DNA of 64,000 nt from a bacterium. Lineage in GTDB: Bacteria; UBA8248. Shown here piece by piece: positions 58,388-64,000 of the stretch (positions are counted from its first letter, which is position 1; each line of letters opens with the position of its first letter). Location: contig OZ241875.1 of NCBI GenBank assembly GCA_965203325.1, forward strand, positions 1,888,001 to 1,952,000. The letters are read 5' to 3'. The translations under genes were made by a program, and so were the position numbers. The notes under the pieces are model-generated. The model was given only the letters and a program-made list of their open reading frames with translations. It did not search any database and was not told the DNA's origin.

Positions 58388-59377
58388 ATGCGTCACACGG
58401 CAAACAGGATGTTCGGATTCGCGCTGATTCTACTGGTAGCGTTCGCCCTGGTTGCGGCCGTTCCGGCAGAGGCGGCGCCCAAGAAGTCCCAGTACACTTA
58501 TCTCATCGGCTCCACGCCCCAGTTCGCACCGATGGTGACGGCGGTCCACAAGGGGTTCTACAAGAAGCTGGGACTCAACGTGAAACTCAAGCACTTCACC
58601 TCGGGCGGCGTCGCCGCGCAGTCGTTCATCGCGGGACGCGGAGACTTCGTCAACACGGGCGACTGGCCCGCCGTACGCACTTGGCTCCAGACCAAGGGCA
58701 AGATCGTGGGGGTCCACCCCTCCGCGCACTACACCGAGCTTTCGGTGGTGGTCGCCAAGAAATCGATCAAGAGCGCCAAGGATTTCATCGGCAAGACGAT
58801 GGGCGTATGGCTGGGGACGACGTCGGAGTTCTTCGCGGCCAAGTATCTCGACGCGAACGGCGTCAAGCTCTCCGACGTGAAGTACAAGAACGTCAAGCCG
58901 GCCGAGATGGTCGTCGCCCTCGACGGGGGCGACCTGGACGGCTTCACCATCTGGCAGCCCTTCGGCTGGCGGTCGGTCGAGGTGTCGGGCGCGAAAAAGG
59001 TGCACATCCTGAGCACGGGCAAGGGCTTCTTCACCGAGTACATGGTCACGTCCGCCCGCAAGGACCTCATCGACAACGACTTCGACGCCGTGACGGCGCT
59101 CATCAAGGGGACGATGCAGGGCGCCGAGTTCTCCGCGAAGAACGTTGACGAAGCGTCGAAGATCGTGGGCAAGGAGTTCAAGGTCCCCGCGGACAAGGCC
59201 AAGCGGATGATCGCGGTCATGAACATGGACGTGTCCTATACGGCGCAATTCCGTAAAGACATGGACTCCCTCAACAACTTCATGATCTCGAAGGGCAAGT
59301 CGAAGGCCAAGGTGGACTGGGGCAAGCTCTTCGACACGCGGGGACTGAAGTCGGTGAGCCCCAAGCTCATCAAGTAG
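58388..59377 (+). CDS. ABC transporter substrate-binding protein (SsuA/TauA/NMT1-like)
   Basis: Signal peptide; KGFYKKLGLNV..F.SG, GTTSEF, IWQP. Confidence 0.88.
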   Translation: MRHTANRMFGFALILLVAFALVAAVPAEAAPKKSQYTYLIGSTPQFAPMVTAVHKGFYKKLGLNVKLKHFTSGGVAAQSFIAGRGDFVNTGDWPAVRTWLQTKGKIVGVHPSAHYTELSVVVAKKSIKSAKDFIGKTMGVWLGTTSEFFAAKYLDANGVKLSDVKYKNVKPAEMVVALDGGDLDGFTIWQPFGWRSVEVSGAKKVHILSTGKGFFTEYMVTSARKDLIDNDFDAVTALIKGTMQGAEFSAKNVDEASKIVGKEFKVPADKAKRMIAVMNMDVSYTAQFRKDMDSLNNFMISKGKSKAKVDWGKLFDTRGLKSVSPKLIK

Positions 59378-59405
59378 GCAAGGGACGAAAACGCGGTTCG
59401 GGCCA

Positions 59406-59709
59406 GTTGAAAAAGTCCCTTGAGGGTCGGGGTTCTCCTCCTCGGGAAACCCGGCGCCAAGACGAGCAAAGGCGAGATTCACTCCCCCCTTGAGGGGGGG
59501 TCAGCAAGGCAAGGACGAAGTCCGCAGCCGCGCTGGTGGGGGGAGCTTTTATTTCAGAATCGTTCCCCCATCGCATCAGCCTTCGCACAAAACGCTCGGC
59601 TTCTGCGTCTGGCTTTCCCCTCGGGAAGCCAGACCCTCAAGGGGGGAGTGGATTTGAAACCTGACCGAGGAGAGAGGGGTCGCTCCCCCTCAAAGGGGTT
59701 TTTTCAACA
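59406..59709. repeat. Intra-operon palindromic element (GTTGAAAAA..TTTTTCAAC ends; CACTCCCCCCTTGAGGG inverted repeat)
   Basis: Inverted repeats at 59406/59700 and 59480/59634. Confidence 0.7.
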
Positions 59710-59769
59710 GCGCTGTTTCCCCCGCCTCCGGCCGGCCGAGCGGCCCGGGGGCGGGGACGAGGAGGCGGA

Positions 59770-60555
59770 GTGAGCTGGCGGGTCTTACGCCTGGAGGGCG
59801 TGGGGAAGGATTTCACCCGCGCCGACGGGGGCGTCGCGCAGGTGTTGCGGAACGTCACCCTGACCGTGGAGCGGGGAGCTTTCTTCACCCTCCTCGGACC
59901 GAGCGGGTGCGGCAAATCCACCCTCCTCAACATCGTCGCCGGCTTCGAGGGGGCGACGACGGGAGGCGCTTCGCTCGACGACAAGCCCGTCGCCGGACCC
60001 GGAACGGACAGGACGGTCATCTTCCAGGACGTCAGCAACGCTCTTTTCCCATGGATGAACGCGCGCGAAAACGTGGAGTTCGGCCCGAAGATGGCCCGTC
60101 TCGGCGCCGGGGAGCGCAATGAGCGGGCCGAGAAGTACCTTCGGCTCGTGGGCCTCGACGCCGACGCCGGGAAGTTCCCCTTCGAGCTCTCGGGCGGGAT
60201 GAAGCAGCGCATCCAGATCGCCCGCGCGCTGGCGAACGACCCGGACATCCTCCTCATGGACGAGCCTTTCGCGGCCCTGGACGCGATAACGAAGAAACAC
60301 CTCCAGGTCGAATTCCGTAAAATCTGGTCCGAGACGGGCAAGACCATTTTCTACATCACCCACGACATCTTCGAGGCGCTCCTGCTGAGCACCCACCTGG
60401 CGGTGATGACGGCAGGTCCCAAGGCGGGGATCAAGGAGGTCTTCCAACTCGACCTGGAAGAGCCCCGCTCTCCGTCGAATCCCGATTTCGCCGCCATGTA
60501 CAGCCGGGTCGAGACACTCATCGACGAAGAAGTGCAGAGGATGCGCGCCCGGTGA
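59770..60555 (+). CDS. ABC transporter ATP-binding protein (SsuB/TauB-like)
   Basis: GPSGCGKS, LSGGMKQR, LLMDEPF, ITHD. Confidence 0.95.
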   Translation: MSWRVLRLEGVGKDFTRADGGVAQVLRNVTLTVERGAFFTLLGPSGCGKSTLLNIVAGFEGATTGGASLDDKPVAGPGTDRTVIFQDVSNALFPWMNARENVEFGPKMARLGAGERNERAEKYLRLVGLDADAGKFPFELSGGMKQRIQIARALANDPDILLMDEPFAALDAITKKHLQVEFRKIWSETGKTIFYITHDIFEALLLSTHLAVMTAGPKAGIKEVFQLDLEEPRSPSNPDFAAMYSRVETLIDEEVQRMRAR

Positions 60556-61319
60556 GCCGCCGGATGGTCTTCTGGAGAACGCTCTCGGTCGCCGCGGCGT
60601 TCTCCCTGTGGTGGCTGAGCAGCGGCACCCTCTTCAACCCGATCCTGGTTCCCGCGCCGCACAAGGTCGCCGTGCACCTCTGGGAGATGACGGCGGACGG
60701 CGAGATACTCTTTCACGCCTGGGCCAGCCTCCGGCGCGTGATCGTCGGTTACGCCTTGGGCTCCGTCTTGGGGATTCTCACGGGCGTCGCCGTCGCGCGG
60801 ATCCGGATAGCCGAAGACATGCTGGAGCCGCCCCTTCAGTTCGTGCGCAACATCACTCCTGTCGCCATCATCCCGCTGGCGGTGAACGCCTTCGGCCTGG
60901 AGGAGCCCAGCAAGTATTTCGTCATCATCTATTCGACCATCATTCCGGTCGTCTTCAACACCGCGGCGGGGGTGGCGTCGACCCCGCAGATTCGCGTCCG
61001 CGCGGCCATGTGCCTGGGCGCGGGGCGTTGGGATATCTTCGTGCGCGTGGTGCTGCCCTCGGCCTGGCCGTTCATCCTCACAGGCCTCAGGGTCGCGCTC
61101 GGCTTCGCGTTCATGGGGGTGGTGGCCGCGGAGATGATCGCGGCCGAGTCCGGCGTGGGCTACCTCATCATGCAAAGCCGGAACATGCTGCTGCCCGAGC
61201 AGATGTTCTCGGGGCTGTTCCTGCTGGGCCTGATCGGTCTCGTCACGGATCGCGCCTTCCAGTTCACCATCGGCAGGCTCATGCGGCGCTACATGCTGCA
61301 GACGGCCGCGTTCGACTGA
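60552..61319 (+). CDS. ABC transporter permease (SsuC/TauC-like)
   Basis: ASLRRV..GY, EAA-loop RAAMCLGA, VVAAEMIAAESGVG. Confidence 0.92.
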   Translation: MSRRMVFWRTLSVAAAFSLWWLSSGTLFNPILVPAPHKVAVHLWEMTADGEILFHAWASLRRVIVGYALGSVLGILTGVAVARIRIAEDMLEPPLQFVRNITPVAIIPLAVNAFGLEEPSKYFVIIYSTIIPVVFNTAAGVASTPQIRVRAAMCLGAGRWDIFVRVVLPSAWPFILTGLRVALGFAFMGVVAAEMIAAESGVGYLIMQSRNMLLPEQMFSGLFLLGLIGLVTDRAFQFTIGRLMRRYMLQTAAFD

Positions 61320-61342
61320 TACGGGATGGGAGACGGGAAAGA

Positions 61343-62101
61343 ATGAATGCGGGCAAATTGGCGAGGCTGTCGGTTTCGATCCTGGTGTTCACAGGGGTCT
61401 GGTGGACGTCGAGCGGGACCTTCTTCGAGGAGGCGATCGTTCCCTCCCCCGTCTCGGTGGCCGGGAAGCTCGGCGAGATGATCTGGAACACCGAGCTGTT
61501 CGCCCACCTCGGCGCGAGCCTGAGGCGCATCGTACTGGGCTACGCCCTGGGCTGCGTCATCGGGGTCGTGGTCGGCGTGGCGACCGGGGCGATTCGCCTG
61601 GCCCGCGACCTCATCGAGCCGCCGCTCGAGTTCTGCCGGAACATCCCACCGGTGGCCCTCATCCCGCTGGTCGTCTCGATCTTCGGCATCGGCGAGATCG
61701 GAAAATACTTCATCATCTCCTACGCCTCGGGGATCGCGGTGCTGTTCAACACCGCCGCCGGGGTGCTCTCCACTCCGCAGATCAGGGTCCGGGCCGCCCT
61801 GTGCCTGGGCGCGCGCAAACAGGACATCTTCTTGCGCGTCGTTCTCCCTTCGGCCTGGCCCCACATCCTCACCGGGCTCAGGCTCGCGCTGGGCTTCTCC
61901 TTCATGGGCGTCGTGGCCGCGGAGATGCTCGCCGCCGACCAGGGCATCGGCTTCCTCATCATGCAGAGCACGAACATCATCGCGCCCGCCGAGATGTTCG
62001 TCGGTTTCCTGATGCTGGGCTCGTTCGGCCTCATCACCGACCAGCTCTTCCGCATGACCATCCACAAGCTCATGCGGCGATATATGATACCCATGGCGTG
62101 A
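61343..62101 (+). CDS. ABC transporter permease (second, paralogous)
   Basis: ASLRRI..GY, RAALCLGA, VVAAEMLAADQGIG. Confidence 0.92.
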   Translation: MNAGKLARLSVSILVFTGVWWTSSGTFFEEAIVPSPVSVAGKLGEMIWNTELFAHLGASLRRIVLGYALGCVIGVVVGVATGAIRLARDLIEPPLEFCRNIPPVALIPLVVSIFGIGEIGKYFIISYASGIAVLFNTAAGVLSTPQIRVRAALCLGARKQDIFLRVVLPSAWPHILTGLRLALGFSFMGVVAAEMLAADQGIGFLIMQSTNIIAPAEMFVGFLMLGSFGLITDQLFRMTIHKLMRRYMIPMA

Positions 62102-62220
62102 CGCAAGCGTGAGACTTAGGCTCGGTCGCCACGGCGGGTGGTTCCGCCTCCATGAAGCGGCGCGGGCTGACACACGGCGCGCCGGATTCATGAATCCCCG
62201 AAAGCCGGGAAGGAGAAAGG

Positions 62221-62766
62221 TTGCGCAAGACCGATTCGAAAGCGGGGCCGCTCGTCCGCGACGCCGCAGAAGCCGACCTCCCCGCGATCCGGGAGATATA
62301 CGCCCACCACGTGCTGCGCAGGCAGGCCACGTTCGAGGAGGAGCCGCCCGATCTGGAAGAGATCCGCCGCCGCTTCCGCGCCGTAAAAGAGAAAGGCCTC
62401 CCCTGGCTCGCCGCTGAGGTCGACGGCGCCGTTTGCAGCTACGCCTATGCGGCGCCCTACCACCGAAGGCCGGCCTACCGCCACGCCGTCGAAAATTCCG
62501 TCTACGTCGATCATCGCGTCATGCGCCAAGGGCTGGGTGCTGCGCTGCTCGACAGGTTGATCGATTCATGCGCCCGCCAGGGCTTTCGCCAGATGGTCGC
62601 GGTCATCGGCGACAGCGCGAATGCGGCCTCGATCAAGCTGCACGAGCGCGCCGGGTTCGGGCTCGTCGGCACCCTGAAGTCCATCGGCTTCAAGCACGGC
62701 CGGTGGCTCGACTGCGTGATCATGCAACGCGCCCTCGGCGAGGGCGACGAGAACTTGCCTTCGTGA
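62221..62766 (+). CDS. GNAT acetyltransferase (phosphinothricin/methionine sulfoximine acetyltransferase-like)
   Basis: ATFEEEPP, RPAYRHAVENSVYV, QGLG, NAASIKLHERAGF, GFKHGRWLD. Confidence 0.88.
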   Translation: MRKTDSKAGPLVRDAAEADLPAIREIYAHHVLRRQATFEEEPPDLEEIRRRFRAVKEKGLPWLAAEVDGAVCSYAYAAPYHRRPAYRHAVENSVYVDHRVMRQGLGAALLDRLIDSCARQGFRQMVAVIGDSANAASIKLHERAGFGLVGTLKSIGFKHGRWLDCVIMQRALGEGDENLPS

Positions 62767-62932
62767 ATCGTGCGCGGGGCGTCGAGCGTCAGCATGGGAT
62801 CGGCGGCGATGCAAAGTTGCTCTAAGGTGTGAATGCCCAGTTTTGAAGAGAGTGGCCAAGAGCGAGTAGGTTCATTCGTCATTAAAGTTGGCACCCTTCC
62901 CTATTTGATATGCCGAAAATGTAATGCTTTAG

Positions 62933-62961
62933 TTGACACAACAAATATGGGATATTAAAAT
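62933..62961 (+). promoter_or_regulatory. Sigma70-type promoter of higBA, likely giving a leaderless mRNA
   Basis: TTGACA-N17-TAAAAT, ending 7 nt before the ATG at 62969; no SD. Confidence 0.65.
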
Positions 62962-62968
62962 TACACCT

Positions 62969-63250
62969 ATGATCAAGAGCTTCAGGGAGCGAGCGTTGAA
63001 GCGTCTCTGGGAATGGGATGACGACTCCCGTATCAACGCCAACATGAGAAAGCGAGTTCGGTTGCTCTTGAATGCTCTGGACGCTTCGGCGCGGCCTGAA
63101 GACATGAACCAACCCGGCTTCGGGTATCACCCACTCCGAGGCGAACCGAAGCGATATGCCGTGCGCGTAACCGCAAACTGGCGGCTCACGTTTGAGTGGA
63201 GCAAAGACGACGACGCGGCCATCCGCGTCGATTTGGAGGACTATCACTAA
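62969..63250 (+). CDS. higB: HigB (RelE-like) toxin
   Basis: MIKSFR..AL, PGFGYHPLRG, VRVTANWRLTFEW, DLEDYH. Confidence 0.9.
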   Translation: MIKSFRERALKRLWEWDDDSRINANMRKRVRLLLNALDASARPEDMNQPGFGYHPLRGEPKRYAVRVTANWRLTFEWSKDDDAAIRVDLEDYH

Positions 63251-63603
63251 TGCGAAAGAAAGAACTCCCCGCAGGCGAGCGTAGCATGCGCGCCTCCCAT
63301 CCGGGTGAGGCCTGGGGCATCATCCTGAAAGAGGGTCTCCATCTGAGCATCACCGATGCCGCAAAACGGATGGGGATCTCCCGCCAGCGGCTACACGCGG
63401 TTATACGTGAAAACAAGCCGGAGCGCGTTACACCCAACCTGGCGCTCCGCTTTACCCGGCTGTGCGGCAAGGACGACGAGGCGGCAAAACTATGGCTGCG
63501 CATGCAGATGACCTATGACATTGAGGAGGCCAAAGTCGAACTCGCCGAGGTTCTGCCCGGCATCGAGCCTGTCAGTCCGCCCAAAGACGCCATATCCGCC
63601 TGA
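63250..63603 (+). CDS. higA: HigA XRE antitoxin
   Basis: HPGE, LSITDAAKRMGISRQ.L, VTPNLALR, WLRMQ..YD; TAATG overlap. Confidence 0.9.
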   Translation: MRKKELPAGERSMRASHPGEAWGIILKEGLHLSITDAAKRMGISRQRLHAVIRENKPERVTPNLALRFTRLCGKDDEAAKLWLRMQMTYDIEEAKVELAEVLPGIEPVSPPKDAISA

Positions 63604-63636
63604 AAATTCCAGGGGCTGAATCAACACACCCCCCCC

Positions 63637-64000
63637 CTACACGCCCAGAATCTTCTTCGCGCACTCCCGCGCCTCATCCAGGGTCTCGACGACCCGCTCC
63701 CCGGGCGCGTCGCGCAGAACGTCGAACGCGCGGAGGGTGCGCGCGACGTCGCCCGCCAAGCCCATCACGATGAACGCCGTGCGCTCCTGCGCGGCGACGT
63801 CCATGAGCCGCCTGATGAGCATGGCGGCGCTGTCGTCGAGATGCTTGGCGCCCGTGAAATCGAAGATGACGACCTCGTGGTCCTTGATGTCCGCGCTGAT
63901 GGCCGCGACCAGCTCGTGCGATGAGGCGACGGTGAAGCTGCCCCGGAGCGACACCAGGCCGACGCGCGCCGCATAGGGGTTCACCTCGCCTGCGTCTTTC
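63637..64000 (-). CDS. C-terminal STAS domain of a probable SulP family transporter (truncated by window edge)
   Basis: LRGSFTVAS, VVIFDFTGAKHLDDSAA, FIVMGL...V..TL. Confidence 0.7.
   Translation of the reverse strand, partial: KDAGEVNPYAARVGLVSLRGSFTVASSHELVAAISADIKDHEVVIFDFTGAKHLDDSAAMLIRRLMDVAAQERTAFIVMGLAGDVARTLRAFDVLRDAPGERVVETLDEARECAKKILGV

Noticed and set aside
28311..59709. Recurrent palindromic repeats as a possible CRISPR array
   Set aside because: Dispersed and inverted rather than regularly spaced direct repeats with unique spacers; no cas genes
1..64000. In-frame UGA selenoprotein genes expected given selAB
   Set aside because: No ORF appeared interrupted by a TGA at a redox-Cys position; inspection was by eye and not exhaustive

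Overview
GC-rich bacterial chromosome segment with about 55 CDS and no rRNA, tRNA, CRISPR array or intact transposase found. Housekeeping and metabolic genes include malQ, gatAB, a DegP-type protease, a diadenylate cyclase, selA/selB, coproheme decarboxylase, SCO, an SsuABC/TauABC-like ABC transporter and many catabolic enzymes. The main points of interest are: (1) a two-gene RiPP locus, with an NHLP/proteusin-type precursor (Trp-containing 18-aa core) followed by an unannotated 365-aa protein whose pattern suggests an ABBA prenyltransferase barrel; (2) a partner-switching cluster (STAS, RsbW, REC-PP2C, REC, binding protein plus TorS-like kinase) next to a nucleobase (NCS2) permease fused to a degenerate RsbW-like domain, a possible transceptor; (3) a collapsed type I R-M operon whose hsd genes are reduced to scars while embedded TA-like genes survive; (4) tandem group II PLP enzymes that appear to lack the catalytic-loop Tyr; (5) a single-chain triple RidA; (6) an AT-rich HD-dNTPase/YwgA-like pair; (7) several families of palindromic and MITE-like intergenic repeats. 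All functional calls come from motif recognition by eye; no searches were run.
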